DNA from: Phoronis australis
Lineage: Eukaryota; Animalia; Phoronida
Length of the DNA: 64,000 bases
Direction: 5' to 3'
NCBI GenBank assembly: GCA_002633005.1
Contig: NMRA01000094.1
Span: 770,597 to 834,596, forward strand
A program made the translations under genes and the position numbers. A model generated the notes under the pieces. That model did no database searches. It worked only from the letters and a program-made list of their open reading frames with translations, and was not told the DNA's origin. Numbering within the stretch: position 1 is the stretch's first letter; every line of letters begins with the position of its first letter. Shown here piece after piece: positions 63,451 to 64,000 of the stretch.

Positions 63451-64000
63451 GTGAGCCATACTAAAGGATTCCGTATTGACTTTGGTTCTTTGTTCTTGAA
63501 GAGTTAAAACACTGACACAAATGGATTAGATATTTTGATGAGTTTGTTGTAAGCTGCTGGAAACCGGTCCATTATAGTTGTTGGCATAAAACCACAGTGT
63601 ATAAAAGGCATCTGTATTTTTACCACTCTCTTTTGTTTGATGACTGGGGACAGACTGTGCTCCCCCATTCAAATTTTGCTACATTCTTTGTGGTACTGTG
63701 TAGACAAGTCAACTTGCTCCATGACAGTTACTGTGGCAAGTTACACAATATATGTGGCAACATATACAGTTGAAATGTGCAATATTTCACTTATCCTCTG
63801 TTGTACTGGTAGTTAACCAATTTTTGCCATTCAAACAATAAAAAAGTTCAGTTTTCAATGATGGATTTAGTTTTATATAATGAGCATGGCTAAGATGGGC
63901 AGGGAAAGAATGTTGCCACAAACAGACCATGGTAGTTACTAACGCTCATCTCTGTTCCATCAGTTATTGTGGTAAGTGCAGCTTATACCAGTCCAACCAG

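Overview
AT-rich eukaryotic (bilaterian invertebrate, probably lophotrochozoan) genomic scaffold with four N-gaps and several 1-2 base N joins. It holds parts of two spliced genes, both on the + strand. (1) The 3' end of a PLEKHG5/Syx-type DH-PH RhoGEF: exons 551-688, 1432-1548, 1956-2195, 3394-4688, plus a 10-nt terminal coding segment 6343-6352 that adds the C-terminal PDZ-binding motif (-ASEV). (2) The 5' part of kazrin (KAZN): coiled-coil exons 42244-42645, 57697-57909, 60905-61065, 61498-61644 and 63291-63450, continuing past the window, with weak candidate upstream exons at about 13.4 kb and 17.5 kb. The rest is intronic or intergenic DNA rich in non-autonomous DNA transposons (Kolobok, Tc1/mariner-type, hAT-like MITEs with 8-bp and 5-bp TSDs, Helentron/HINE elements carrying tandem arrays with CTCF-like motifs). 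There is also a DIRS-type tyrosine recombinase fragment, a THAP relic, a ~110-bp palindrome and many minisatellites. No prokaryotic-type system, CRISPR array, rRNA or tRNA is supported. All homology calls come from recalled family sequences, not database searches.
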